Shown one piece after another: positions 39,125 to 49,538 of a stretch of 50,332 nt of DNA. Origin of the DNA: Phycisphaerales bacterium. Lineage in GTDB: Bacteria > Planctomycetota > Phycisphaerae > UBA1845 > PWPN01. The stretch covers positions 1-50,332 of the forward strand of contig JAAYCU010000208.1 of assembly GCA_012729595.1 (NCBI GenBank), written 5' to 3'. Position 1 is the first letter of the stretch; every line of letters begins with the position of its first letter. A model generated the notes under the pieces. The model worked only from the letters and a program-made list of their open reading frames with translations, did not search any database and was not told the DNA's origin. The translations under genes were made by a program, and so were the position numbers.

Positions 39125-42100
39125 ATGACTTCCGGCATTTTTCGCAAACGGTTTATCGTTGTTTGTATATGTGTCGCCCTCCTTGCCCTGCTCGGCGCGA
39201 AAACATTGGCAAAAAAAGCCACCTCGCGTGACCTTGGCGGACCTGAAAGGTATCTCACCCATGTCAGCACGGACAAACCCATATATCGCCTCGGCGAACT
39301 TGTATATGTCCGGGCGGTGGTCCTTAAGGCCGATGACCATACCCCCCTGCCAGCGGATCAAAACCTCTTCATGATGATACAGATCAAGGGGCCCAAGGGG
39401 GACATTGTCGCCACCGGACATGTCAACACGGAATACAGCGTCGGTGGCTTCGCCTGGCAAATCCCGGCAGATACCGCCGGCGGCCAATACACAGTACAAA
39501 TCAACTATCCCGCCGAGGGATTCGCCCCGGCCGAACGCAAGTTCGACATACGGGCATACCGCGTCCCCCGCCTCAGAACCCAGATCGTTTTTCTGCGCGA
39601 CGGCTACGGCCCGGGCGATCAGGTCCAGGCCTCGCTGCACGTCGAGCGGGCCGAGGGCGGCATCCCCGCCGGCGCGAAAGTGAGCGTGACCGCTCGCGTG
39701 GACGGTGAGGAAATTGACGCCGGACGGACCACCGTGGACGAGGCCGGCAACTGCACGGCCTCCTTCAAGCTGCCCGAGCAGATCGAACGCGGCGAAGGCA
39801 CGCTGGTCATGGTCATCGAGGACGGCGGCGTGGTGGAGACGGCCGCCAAGACCATCCCCATCCTGCTGAACACGGTTGACCTTCAGATATACCCCGAAAG
39901 CGGCGACCTGGTGGCCGACCTGCCCACCCGCGTTTACCTCGAAGCCCGCACCCCCGCCCGCAAGCCGGCCGACATCGCCGGGATCGTAGTCGATGCCGCG
40001 GGCCACACCGTCATCGCCTTCCGCACCGAACACGAAGGCCGTGGGCGCTTTGAATTCACCCCGAGGAAGGGTGGTCAATACACGCTCAAAATCACCGAGC
40101 CGGCCGGTATTGACGCCACCTATACGCTGCCGGAGGTGAACAACAGCGGCGCGGTCATTCGCCCCTTCGAGGATCAAGCCCCCGCCGGCGACGCCCTGCG
40201 CCTGCGAATCGGCGGCACTAATGTGGGTCCGTTGACCGTAACCCTGGCCAAGCGCGAACGGGAAATCGGGCTGGTCAAAATCGATCCCAAGCCTGGACAA
40301 CTCAGCGAGGTTGTTTTCACGCCACCCTCGACGGCCGACGGCGTATTGATCGCGACCGTGTGGGACGCAAACGGCAAACCCCTGGCCGAGCGCTTACTCT
40401 ATCGCCAACCCATGCAGCAACTGCACGTCAAGGTGCATCTTGAGGACAAGCCGTATATCCCCGGCCAGAAGGTGAACCTGATCATCGAAACCAGCGACGG
40501 ACAGGGTCAACCCGTGGCGGCCGTCGTAGGGCTGACGGTCACGGATGACAGCGTGCTCGAGATGATCGAGAAACGCGAGCAAGCCCCTCGGCTGCCGGTG
40601 ATGGTGTTTCTGGAACCGGAAGTACGCGAGCTGGCCGATGCGCATGTTTATCTGGACCCGGACGATCCAAAAGCTCCGCTGGCTCTTGACCTGCTCTTGG
40701 GCACGCAGGGCTGGCGGCGATTCGCCTTTTACGATGCAAGCAAGTTTCTGACCGAGTTCGGCGATCAGGCCAGACGCGTGCTGGCCATGCGCACGCCGAG
40801 CTATAAGCTCGATCGGCGGATGCGCGCGCTCAATATGATAGGCGGTGCCGTTCAGCAAGAAGAGGGGCTTATAGAACGCGATGCGGTGGCAGAGCAAATG
40901 GTTTTTGCCATGGCGGAACCGGCGGCTATGCCGGATAGAGACATGCCGGCGGCAGAACCTGCGCCACTTGCTCCAGCCCCTCCCCGGGAAAGACCAATAC
41001 CGCTCCAGGACCGACCGGCCGACGAACGTGTCGCCCCGCCGGATTTCGTCGCCGTCCGCGTTTATGCTCACCAAGCCCGTCCGGATCGCAAACCCGGAGA
41101 ACGCATCGACTTTACGGAAACGCTCTACTGGAACGCCGGCGTCAAGACGGCTGAAACCACCGGCAAGGCTGAGGTGTCTTTCGCCCTTAGCGATTCGATC
41201 ACCACCTTCCGCGTTTTCGCCGACGGGTTTAATGCCCACGGCGCTCTCGGCCAGGCCACCAGCGCGATCGAAGCGGTCGAACCGTTCTATATCGAACCGA
41301 AGCTGCCGCTGGAGGTAACCGCCGGTGACGTGATTGAATTGCCCGTCGCCTTGATCAACGGCACCGATGACGAACTGCAAGCCAAGGTCACGATCAAGAC
41401 CCATGAACGTATTACCATTACCGGCTTCGATACGATCACCCTACCGCCGCACGGGCGCGGACGCGGGATCGTTAACCTGCAAATCGGCGACATCAGCGGA
41501 CCTATCGATCTAACGATCACCGCATCGGCCGGCGCGTATTCCGATTCAGTAATCCGCAAACTGGAAGTCAAACCCGCCGGGTTTCCTATCGAAACGGCTT
41601 TCGGAGGAATGTTGACCGCTAATTCCAGTATCGAGCATACCATAGTGATCCCCGCGGATGTCGTGCTCGCCAGCCTGACCGCTGGCGCAGTGGTCTATCC
41701 CACACCGCTGGCCAACTTAACCGAGGCCCTGGAACGACTGATCCGGGAACCTACCGGTTGCTTCGAGCAAACCAGTTCTACCCTCTATCCGATAGTAATG
41801 GCGATTCACTATTTTGAGACACACGCAGGCATATCTCCCGCGCTGATCGAGCGGAGCAAGGCCATGCTCGACAAGGGTTACGCACGACTGATTAGCTACG
41901 AATGCCAGAACAAAGGGTATGAATGGTTCGGCGCCGACCCCGGCCACGAGGCGTTAACGGCATACGGCCTGCTGCAATTCAACGACATGGCCGCCATCTA
42001 TCCGGTCGATGCGGCCATGGTCCAGAGAACACGCAACTGGCTACTGGCTCGACGCGACGGACAAGGCGGGTTCACGCTGGATGCCAAAGCTCTCGACAGC

Positions 42101-43177
42101 TTCGGCCGGGCTCCGCGAGAAACCACCTATGCCTACATCGTATGGGCCTTGCTGGAATCCGGCGCACAAGGGTTCGACAAGGAAATCGCGATGGTCCAGC
42201 AGATGGCCAGTGAATCCCAGGACAGCTACCTCGTAGCCCTGGCGGCCAACATAGCCCTGCTGGCCAACGACTCCCTCAAGGCTAAAACCCTGATGGATCG
42301 ACTTGCCGCCAAACAGACCAAGGAAGGTTACGTCGACGGCGCGGTCACCAGTATCACCCGCAGCGGCGGAGACGCCCTTCGCATTGAAACCACCGCCCTG
42401 GCCACCTTGGCATGGTTGAAGGAGCCGGCCTACGCGGCAACAGTAGAGCGTTCCATGCACTGGCTGGCGGAAAGATGTAAGGCCGGCCGCTTCGGATCTA
42501 CGCAATCGACCATCCTGGCTCTTCGAGCGATTGTCGAATACGACAAAGTCCGCGGAAAACCAAAGACCCCTGGCCGGGTGCAAATCCTGGTAGACGGCCA
42601 CCCCGTAGGCGAATCCATCGCCTTCGACGCCAACACGCGGGAAGCCCTGAAGCTACCGGATATCGGCAAGCACCTGACCGCGGGCGAACATACCATCGCC
42701 CTGAAGATGATCGATGGATCGGACATGCCCTATGCGATAACCGTCAATTATCATGCGGTCACACCGTCATCATCTCCGGAATGTCCGCTGACCTTGACCG
42801 TAGCTCTTACGGATTCGCAAATTAAGGAGGGTTCGGGTATCGAAGCGAACGTCACCGTCACCAACCGTACCGGCGACGGTTTGCCCATGCCGCTGGCCAT
42901 CGTCGGCATTCCCGGCGGGCTGGAACCACGCCACGATCAGCTCAAGGAACTGGTCAAGGCGGAGCGCATCGCCGCGTACGAGGTGCGCGGCCGCGACGTG
43001 GTCCTCTACTGGCGGGAAATGAAGCCGAACCAGCGGATCGAGCTGCCCCTGAGCCTGGTGGCGGCCGTCCCCGGCACTTATACCGCTCCGGCCGGGCGAA
43101 CCTATCTCTATTACACCGACGAACACAAACACTGGCTCGGCGGGCCAGAGATAACGATCGTTCCGCGAAATCCATGA
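39125..43177 (+). CDS. Bacterial alpha-2-macroglobulin-family protein with an intact thioester motif
   Basis: Size of 1350 aa, N-terminal signal/anchor, MG-domain-like beta-rich repeats, the thioester GCFEQ (CFEQ at 41759-41770), and a downstream alpha/alpha-toroid-like region. Confidence 0.9.
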   Translation: MTSGIFRKRFIVVCICVALLALLGAKTLAKKATSRDLGGPERYLTHVSTDKPIYRLGELVYVRAVVLKADDHTPLPADQNLFMMIQIKGPKGDIVATGHVNTEYSVGGFAWQIPADTAGGQYTVQINYPAEGFAPAERKFDIRAYRVPRLRTQIVFLRDGYGPGDQVQASLHVERAEGGIPAGAKVSVTARVDGEEIDAGRTTVDEAGNCTASFKLPEQIERGEGTLVMVIEDGGVVETAAKTIPILLNTVDLQIYPESGDLVADLPTRVYLEARTPARKPADIAGIVVDAAGHTVIAFRTEHEGRGRFEFTPRKGGQYTLKITEPAGIDATYTLPEVNNSGAVIRPFEDQAPAGDALRLRIGGTNVGPLTVTLAKREREIGLVKIDPKPGQLSEVVFTPPSTADGVLIATVWDANGKPLAERLLYRQPMQQLHVKVHLEDKPYIPGQKVNLIIETSDGQGQPVAAVVGLTVTDDSVLEMIEKREQAPRLPVMVFLEPEVRELADAHVYLDPDDPKAPLALDLLLGTQGWRRFAFYDASKFLTEFGDQARRVLAMRTPSYKLDRRMRALNMIGGAVQQEEGLIERDAVAEQMVFAMAEPAAMPDRDMPAAEPAPLAPAPPRERPIPLQDRPADERVAPPDFVAVRVYAHQARPDRKPGERIDFTETLYWNAGVKTAETTGKAEVSFALSDSITTFRVFADGFNAHGALGQATSAIEAVEPFYIEPKLPLEVTAGDVIELPVALINGTDDELQAKVTIKTHERITITGFDTITLPPHGRGRGIVNLQIGDISGPIDLTITASAGAYSDSVIRKLEVKPAGFPIETAFGGMLTANSSIEHTIVIPADVVLASLTAGAVVYPTPLANLTEALERLIREPTGCFEQTSSTLYPIVMAIHYFETHAGISPALIERSKAMLDKGYARLISYECQNKGYEWFGADPGHEALTAYGLLQFNDMAAIYPVDAAMVQRTRNWLLARRDGQGGFTLDAKALDSFGRAPRETTYAYIVWALLESGAQGFDKEIAMVQQMASESQDSYLVALAANIALLANDSLKAKTLMDRLAAKQTKEGYVDGAVTSITRSGGDALRIETTALATLAWLKEPAYAATVERSMHWLAERCKAGRFGSTQSTILALRAIVEYDKVRGKPKTPGRVQILVDGHPVGESIAFDANTREALKLPDIGKHLTAGEHTIALKMIDGSDMPYAITVNYHAVTPSSSPECPLTLTVALTDSQIKEGSGIEANVTVTNRTGDGLPMPLAIVGIPGGLEPRHDQLKELVKAERIAAYEVRGRDVVLYWREMKPNQRIELPLSLVAAVPGTYTAPAGRTYLYYTDEHKHWLGGPEITIVPRNP

Positions 43178-43223
43178 CGCAATCACCATACGCAGGCGCC
43201 GCCTTGGGGGGGGTGGCACCTTC

Positions 43224-43257
43224 AAACGGAGCCCCGGGAAACACGGGGCTCCGTTTT
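43224..43257 (+). terminator. Rho-independent terminator after the A2M gene
   Basis: AAACGGAGCCCCG, a 7-nt loop, then CGGGGCTCCGTTTT. Confidence 0.75.
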
Positions 43258-43385
43258 AAGGTGCGTGTGCGTATGGAGAGACTTCTCGCTGATGTCACCC
43301 GCTCAAACAAACATACCGCGACGTTTGCCTCTACGCGGACAACGAATACAATCATCGCACGGGTAATGCGCTTCGTGTTTCGTGG

Positions 43386-44441
43386 ATGATCATCGAATGG
43401 GAATCTGATATGCATCTGACCTGGCAGCGTCGTAATCTTCACCTGCGGCATCCGTTCAACATCGCCCGCGCGCAAACCAGCCATACGGTTGACAAACAGG
43501 TATTGCTCGTACGGATCATGCACGATGACAGGGTCGGCTGGGGCGAGGCCGCGCCGTCCACTTATTACCGGCAGTCGCTGGACTCGGCCGAGTCGGTCTT
43601 CGCGGCCGCCGGCGAAATCATCGGCGACGACCCGTTCGCTTTGGATCGTATATTGGACACCCTGTGGGCGCGTTTCCCCGACCAATCCGCCGCCATAGCC
43701 GCTATCGACGGCGCCCTGCACGATCTGATCGGCAAGTTGCTCGACATTCCCATCTGGAAAATGCTTGGTCTGGACCGCTCCCGCTGTCCTTTAACGTCTT
43801 TCACTATCGGGCTGGACGATCCGGAAGCCATCGCCGGCAAATTGCGCGAGGCGGTGGACTACCCCATTCTTAAAATCAAGGTCGGCACGGCCCAGGACGC
43901 GGCCATCCTCAAGGCGATCCGCCGGGTAGCCCCGGACAAACCGCTCCGGGTTGACGCCAACTGCGGATGGTCGTCGGCCGACGTATTAGAGCGTTGCCGG
44001 AGGATGGCGGACTTCGGCGTCGAGTTGATCGAACAGCCGACGCCGCGCGGCGAACATGCCGGCCTACCGGCCGTCCGCGCCGCCGGCTTGCCCCCCCTGC
44101 TGGCCGATGAAAGTTGCATCAATCTAGATGAGGTACTGCCCTGCGCGGAAGCCTTCGACGGGATCAATATCAAACTTTGCAAATGCGGCGGGATCCGCCG
44201 GGCGCTGCCCATGATTCACGCGGCCCAGGCCACCGGCTTGAAGGTGATGCTCGGCTGCATGGTGGAAACCAGCGTGGGGATCGCGGCGGCCGCTCAATTG
44301 GCCCCGCTGGCCGATTATATAGATCTCGACGGCCACCTGCTCCTGGCGGACGACCCGTTCGAGGGGATCGGCGGTACGGCCGGAAGACTGACCTTGAACG
44401 ACGAGCCGGGGTTGGGAATCCGCGAGCGTCAGTCTGTCTGA
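43386..44441 (+). CDS. Dipeptide epimerase (L-Ala-D/L-Glu-epimerase-like; enolase superfamily, MLE subgroup)
   Basis: LKIKVG (KxK), RVDANCGW, IEQP, LLADES, NIKLCKCGG. An alternative ATG lies at 43410. Confidence 0.8.
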   Translation: MIIEWESDMHLTWQRRNLHLRHPFNIARAQTSHTVDKQVLLVRIMHDDRVGWGEAAPSTYYRQSLDSAESVFAAAGEIIGDDPFALDRILDTLWARFPDQSAAIAAIDGALHDLIGKLLDIPIWKMLGLDRSRCPLTSFTIGLDDPEAIAGKLREAVDYPILKIKVGTAQDAAILKAIRRVAPDKPLRVDANCGWSSADVLERCRRMADFGVELIEQPTPRGEHAGLPAVRAAGLPPLLADESCINLDEVLPCAEAFDGINIKLCKCGGIRRALPMIHAAQATGLKVMLGCMVETSVGIAAAAQLAPLADYIDLDGHLLLADDPFEGIGGTAGRLTLNDEPGLGIRERQSV

Positions 44442-45460
44442 GTAGTGGCGACGGCCCTAACCACACCGGACACCATGCTGTCGACAAGATGCCGGCACCC
44501 GTCAGGATTGCTGACACATACTCGATTACGCCCCTCGTGCTTGGCCTGGTAAAGTGCCCGGTCGGCGCTTTTCAGCAGATCGTCCTTGCTGCATATATCA
44601 GCGGTGCGTTGAGCTACGCCGAGGCTGATGGTTATTTTTAATTGTTTACCACCGATGGTAATCGGCACGGATTCGACATTTTGCCGCAGACGTTCGGCCA
44701 CAATACGACCGGCCTCGACGGTGCTGTGCGGGCAGAGAACCAAAAATTCCTCGCCCCCCAGGCGGCAAGCCAGATCCCCAAGGCGTGTGTACCTAGTCAG
44801 TAGTTGCCCCATCTGCCGTAAAACCACGTCTCCGGCATCATGGCCATAGGTATCGTTAACCTGCTTGAAATGATCCAGGTCGATCATGATACAAGCGATG
44901 GGTTGCTGATAGCGCTGGGAGGTTTCCCAATACTCCGTCAACCGGTCCATGGCCTGTCGGCGATTGGCCAGACCGGTCAGTTCGTCCGTAGTAGCAATCT
45001 GCTCCAATTTATCGTTGAGGATGGCCAACTCCGCGTTGATCTTATGGATTTCCAGATTACGCCGGGCCAGGTCCGCCTCCGCCTCGACTACGCGCATTCC
45101 CGCCTTGACCCTCGCCAGCAGTTCCCCCCGATCGAAAGGCTTGGCGACATAATCATCGGCGCCAGCCTCGAAAGCCTCCACTACCCGCTTCTTATCCGAA
45201 TGGGAGGTAAGGATGATGAGATATGTCAGGCCCACGCCTTCCGCCGACCGTACCGCTCGGCATAACTCGATACCGTTCATTTGCGGCATTTCCCAATCGG
45301 TAATGACCAGGCTCGGACCTTTGTCCGTCACCAGTTGCAGGGCATCGGCCCCGTTGCTCGCCTTGAGCAGAGAATATCCAGCCGATACAAGATGCTTCTC
45401 CAGCAACCGGATCATGATCGGGTCGTCATCTACAATGAGAATCTTCTGCGTTTCCGACAT
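44429..45460 (-). CDS. Response-regulator receiver plus GGDEF diguanylate cyclase (PleD-like)
   Basis: KILIVDDDP...ITDWEMPQMNG receiver domain, and a GGEEF active site (RLGGEEFLVL). ATG at 45460 preferred. Overlaps the convergent epimerase gene by 13 nt. Confidence 0.9.
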   Translation of the reverse strand: MSETQKILIVDDDPIMIRLLEKHLVSAGYSLLKASNGADALQLVTDKGPSLVITDWEMPQMNGIELCRAVRSAEGVGLTYLIILTSHSDKKRVVEAFEAGADDYVAKPFDRGELLARVKAGMRVVEAEADLARRNLEIHKINAELAILNDKLEQIATTDELTGLANRRQAMDRLTEYWETSQRYQQPIACIMIDLDHFKQVNDTYGHDAGDVVLRQMGQLLTRYTRLGDLACRLGGEEFLVLCPHSTVEAGRIVAERLRQNVESVPITIGGKQLKITISLGVAQRTADICSKDDLLKSADRALYQAKHEGRNRVCVSNPDGCRHLVDSMVSGVVRAVATTQTD

Positions 45461-45686
45461 GCCGCCTTTCCCTTTCCCCTTCAATACTAATAAAAAAAAT
45501 ACGTGCCCCCAACCACGGATACCCAGACACGCACAGACCCCAGGCGGAGCCATCAACATCGCACCTTGGGAAGCCGCGTGTTAACAGAATATCGTTATTT
45601 GCACATCGCAACTTATGGTATTTTAGGGGTGTTTACCCACCATTTCGCCGTGTCCCATAATCATGGGTATAGAGTCAAGAAACAAC

Positions 45687-47057
45687 TCAACTCAGACCAT
45701 CGGCAAAGGCCTCGGCCAAGGCGCTAACACCATCGATGACCGCCTCCCGGGTAATACACAACGGCGGGCAGATCTTAACCGTCGCACCGCCGAACCCAAC
45801 GGGGGCAAACAACATGAGGCCGCGACCGACCGCATGCCAGACGACATTGCGGGCCAGTGCGGCATCCGGCTGAGCGCTGTTCGGCTTGGTGACCTGGATG
45901 CCGGCGACCAATCCCTTGCCTTGAATAGCTCCGATCCGCTCGTCGTAGGGTTTGAGTTGTTTCCAGAGTTCCTGGTGGAGCACCTCGCCGACCAGGGCGG
46001 CGTTTTCCACCAGTTTCTCCCTGAGGATAAGTTCGAGGTTGGCAACCGCGGCGGCACAGCAAATCGGATTGCCCGAATGCGTGCTGGTCATGGACCCGGG
46101 CGGATACAGGTCCATCAGTTCGGTCGAGCCGATCACGGCCGCAATGGGCAGGCTGCTGCTGATGCCTTTGCCGAGGCACATCAGGTCGGGCACGACGCCG
46201 TAATGCTCGAAACCCCACATGCGGCCGCACCGCCCGAAACCCGCCTGTACCTCGTCAAAGGTGAGGACGACGTTCCACTTATCGCACCAATTACGCATTT
46301 CCTGAAAATACTCGCGCGGACCGAAACTGGCCCCACCACCCTGGTAGGTTTCGGCCACCACCCCGCAGACGTTTTTCGGATCGACTCCGGCGCTTTCGAG
46401 AGCCTTCTCGAAAAATGCGAAACTGGTATCTCCACACCGAAATCCGTCAGGGAAAGGTACCTGGATCATGTCCGGATCTAGGTTGCCGATCCATTCCTTG
46501 AGGGCCGGAATACCCCCTATTTGCTGAGCCCCGAGGGTGCGACCGTGAAACGCATGGTGATAACTGATAACGATCTTCTTGGCGGGATTGAGGTTCTGCC
46601 CATGGGTACGGCTCAACTTAATGGCGCATTCGACGGCTTCGCTGCCCGTGGAAACCAGAAAGACTTTTTTTAATGGTGCGGGAGCCAGATCGCTAATCAT
46701 CTGAACCAGGCGAACACGCGGCTCGTTCAAAAAGACGTAGCTGGTTAACAGGCCGTGCTCCGCCTGCCGGATTATGGCCTCGGCGATTTCCTTGCGGCCG
46801 TGGCCGGCGTTGGTAATCAGCACGCCGCTGGAAAAATCGAGCCATTGGTTGCCGTAAGCATCATATACGAAGAAACCCTCGGCCCGATCCCAGACCACCG
46901 GAGGCTGGCCTAGCATGGCCCGCGGCTCGTAATGGGCGGACATATCCATCAAGGGCCGGACCTGCGGCGGAGGCAACTCCTGGGTGACAATCTTGCGATA
47001 CGCGGTCTGGACCGGGTGAACAGGAATAGTCTGGGATACGGATTCTGCGCCAATCAT
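45687..47057 (-). CDS. Class III PLP-dependent aminotransferase (acetylornithine/GABA-aminotransferase-like)
   Basis: TNAGHGR, FDEVQAGFGRCGRMWGFEH, and LGKG (the PLP lysine). ATG 47057 chosen; the listed N-terminal extension to 47195 runs into a non-coding tandem repeat. Confidence 0.9.
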   Translation of the reverse strand: MIGAESVSQTIPVHPVQTAYRKIVTQELPPPQVRPLMDMSAHYEPRAMLGQPPVVWDRAEGFFVYDAYGNQWLDFSSGVLITNAGHGRKEIAEAIIRQAEHGLLTSYVFLNEPRVRLVQMISDLAPAPLKKVFLVSTGSEAVECAIKLSRTHGQNLNPAKKIVISYHHAFHGRTLGAQQIGGIPALKEWIGNLDPDMIQVPFPDGFRCGDTSFAFFEKALESAGVDPKNVCGVVAETYQGGGASFGPREYFQEMRNWCDKWNVVLTFDEVQAGFGRCGRMWGFEHYGVVPDLMCLGKGISSSLPIAAVIGSTELMDLYPPGSMTSTHSGNPICCAAAVANLELILREKLVENAALVGEVLHQELWKQLKPYDERIGAIQGKGLVAGIQVTKPNSAQPDAALARNVVWHAVGRGLMLFAPVGFGGATVKICPPLCITREAVIDGVSALAEAFADGLS

Positions 47058-47185
47058 AAAAAACCTCGCTCTGGATATCCTGGCCGACCGATCCGAACGT
47101 AGCGGAATTGCCGCGAACAGTATACAACTGGGTGTCGGTTGGGCCGGCGAACGGCAACACGCATCTGGAAAGCGAGCAGTATACA

Positions 47186-47236
47186 ACATTATCACGGGCA
47201 GTACATTATCACGGGCAGTACATTATCACGGGCAGT
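47186..47236. repeat. Perfect 17-bp direct repeat (ACATTATCACGGGCAGT) x3, with partial copies on both flanks
   Basis: Read directly from the sequence: 47186-47202, 47203-47219, 47220-47236. Partial units extend the span to about 47174-47240. Confidence 0.95.
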
Positions 47237-47526
47237 ACATAAGCCGTCGGACGCCGGAAATCGGCATCGTCACAACGTAAAACCCGATACCGCATAATGT
47301 TAGGCACAGATGCAAAGAGCATAAAGTTAACGCTAATTGAGTGCTCGATGGACACAAACCACGAGAATTCGGCGAGCCGGACAATCGGCGTTATACAGAT
47401 ACCAGACTGACTCGTGTCCTTGGAGGACAAGCGTCAGTTATCGGACCATGAATTATGGGAAATGTTGCGGGCTAGCTCCGGAAACATATGAACTGGTCAG
47501 CGGTCATGACCGATTATATAGGCGGT

Positions 47527-48006
47527 ATGAATAAGCACCCTAACGAATACCTGAACAATGCGGTGATGACCGCAAGCCCGGAGCAGTTACAGCTCATGCT
47601 CTATGACGGCGCCATCCGTTTCGCCCGTCAGGGTATCGAGGGGCTGAACGCCAAGGACTATGAAAAAACCTACAACGGGTTCAGCCGGGCCCAGAAAATC
47701 GTCTTGGAATTGATAAATGCCCTGAACTACGACATCGACCGGGATATGTGTTCGCGCATGGCGGGTTTGTACAGTTTTATCTATCGCAAACTGGTTGAGG
47801 CCAGTGCTCAGCGTGACGCGAGTATCGCGGGCGAGGCCGTCAAGCTTCTGGAATATCAGCGAGAAACCTGGGTCATGCTTCTGGATAAACTGCGCGAGGA
47901 ACGGGCCGCGGCCGAGCCCGCCGGCAACGCCGCGCGGGGAGCATGGGCCTCCGACCAGGAAGATACGGTCGACACATGTTATGGCACGCTCAGTGTTCAG
48001 GGATAG
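47527..48006 (+). CDS. fliS: Flagellar export chaperone FliS
   Basis: AVMTASPEQLQLMLYDGAIRFARQG...AQKIVLELINALNYD...LYSFIYRKLVEA. The start is uncertain (ATG 47488, 47506 or 47527). Confidence 0.8.
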   Translation: MNKHPNEYLNNAVMTASPEQLQLMLYDGAIRFARQGIEGLNAKDYEKTYNGFSRAQKIVLELINALNYDIDRDMCSRMAGLYSFIYRKLVEASAQRDASIAGEAVKLLEYQRETWVMLLDKLREERAAAEPAGNAARGAWASDQEDTVDTCYGTLSVQG

Positions 48007-48197
48007 TTTTGCCTTTCGCTTGACCCTCCGATACGCTCAATCTATCATGACCCGGCGACGATTTCCCTTTTCGCATGAACAGCGATGACTTCAATGCGTA
48101 GAATCAAAAAGCCAGGCCGCTTAAGCTTCCTCGACATGTGGCATAGGTATCCGTGGGACATGAATAGAAAAAGCTTGTTCGTGCCAGGAGAATAAGT

Positions 48198-49538
48198 ATG
48201 AAACCGCGACGATGGATCGGACAGGAACGCTTCAGCGGCAAGCCGCGAGGCAGTGCCATCGGGCTGTGTATTCTGCTGAGCCTGGCTATGCTTGCTCCGG
48301 TTACCGCCCAGTCGGAAACCGCCTCTCCGGCCTCGCCGGCAATCCCCGCCGAACTGGCCGGCATCGCGGGTGTGACCGGCGACATGAGCAACGAGGATCT
48401 GGTAGCCTTGGCTACCGAGGTAACCGATCAGCAGCGGCTGGATGATGCCGCGACAATACTGATACACGTGGCCAGGAAAGACCCGAAAAACTATCGCGCT
48501 TTGGAGCAGTTGGGGGTGGTTTACGAGCGACAGATGGCCAGAGCCCGGGCCAATACCGCGGACCCTAACGCAAAAACCCAAGCCGAAACATACGAAACCT
48601 ACGCGGTGAACGCTTATCTGGACGCCGCCCAACAGGCCTATGAAGCGGAAAACTACGCCAAGGCAGAGCGTCTATGCGACCGCATATTCATTCTGCAGCC
48701 GGCCAATACCAGGGTACAATTGATCCTAGCCAGAATATTCGCCAGCACCGAGCGATCCGTTCAGGCCTCCCAACATTACCAGAACTACATAAAAAGCCGC
48801 GACGGGCGTCAGGATACCAGCGCTCGTCTGGAACTGGCTCGCATTTACCGGGCCATGCGGCAGAATTATCAAGCCTTGGCTATTCTGACCGAAGCTCGAG
48901 ACCTCGATTCGGAAAATATCGAAGTATTACTAGAGTTATCCCAGGCCTATTACGAACGCCGCATGTTCCAGCAGGCCATGCAAACGGCCGAGGACGTATT
49001 GAGGAAAGCCTCCAATGACCCGCGCTGTTACGACAATATGGCCTTCCTCCTGATCCAGCAGAATCAAGTAAGGGAAGCCGCCGAGTACAGTCGCAGAGCT
49101 ATCGAGTTGGCCCGAACCCGCGTGTTCAATAATCCCGAAAATACTCGAGAAATTACATCATTATATGGCTATTACGATCGGTATCGGCGCACTCTAGCCC
49201 GGCTGTTAGACGCCAAGCAGGACGATCTTGCTTTGCGTATCGATCTGGCCCGGGTCGTCGTGGAGCAAGCTGACATAAATAATTCCATGACTCTCCGAAA
49301 CGCCCTTAGTCTGCTGGATCAGGCCGGCCCGGAAGCCCGGGACAATATAAAACTGCTGGAAACCAAGGCTAATATTCAGCACTTACTCAAACTCCCCCAG
49401 ACCGCTGAAACCGCTCGGCGACTGCTCCGCCTCGATCCGAACAACGTTGTCGCCCGGCGAATCCTGCAGGCCGGACCAATACTGGAGGAAACTCCGACAA
49501 CCGGTGCAGGCGGTTCCGGCCAGGATCCCGAAAAATAA
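48198..49538 (+). CDS. Secreted tetratricopeptide (TPR) repeat protein
   Basis: GGAGA lies upstream of the ATG. Signal peptide ends in ...APVTAQSE. Multiple TPR-like helical pairs follow. Confidence 0.75.
   Translation: MKPRRWIGQERFSGKPRGSAIGLCILLSLAMLAPVTAQSETASPASPAIPAELAGIAGVTGDMSNEDLVALATEVTDQQRLDDAATILIHVARKDPKNYRALEQLGVVYERQMARARANTADPNAKTQAETYETYAVNAYLDAAQQAYEAENYAKAERLCDRIFILQPANTRVQLILARIFASTERSVQASQHYQNYIKSRDGRQDTSARLELARIYRAMRQNYQALAILTEARDLDSENIEVLLELSQAYYERRMFQQAMQTAEDVLRKASNDPRCYDNMAFLLIQQNQVREAAEYSRRAIELARTRVFNNPENTREITSLYGYYDRYRRTLARLLDAKQDDLALRIDLARVVVEQADINNSMTLRNALSLLDQAGPEARDNIKLLETKANIQHLLKLPQTAETARRLLRLDPNNVVARRILQAGPILEETPTTGAGGSGQDPEK

Noticed and set aside
47058-47195. 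An N-terminal extension of 46 aa on the aminotransferase ORF. Similar extensions occur on the ORFs at 44429-45559, 24699-27050, 28085-28366, 22608-22880, 23835-24203, 32878-33150, 34691-37540 and 37621-38826.
   Set aside because: The extensions are unlike the respective families. They run into repeats or non-coding structure, and internal ATGs with better SD sequences or family-typical N-termini exist. The features were trimmed accordingly.
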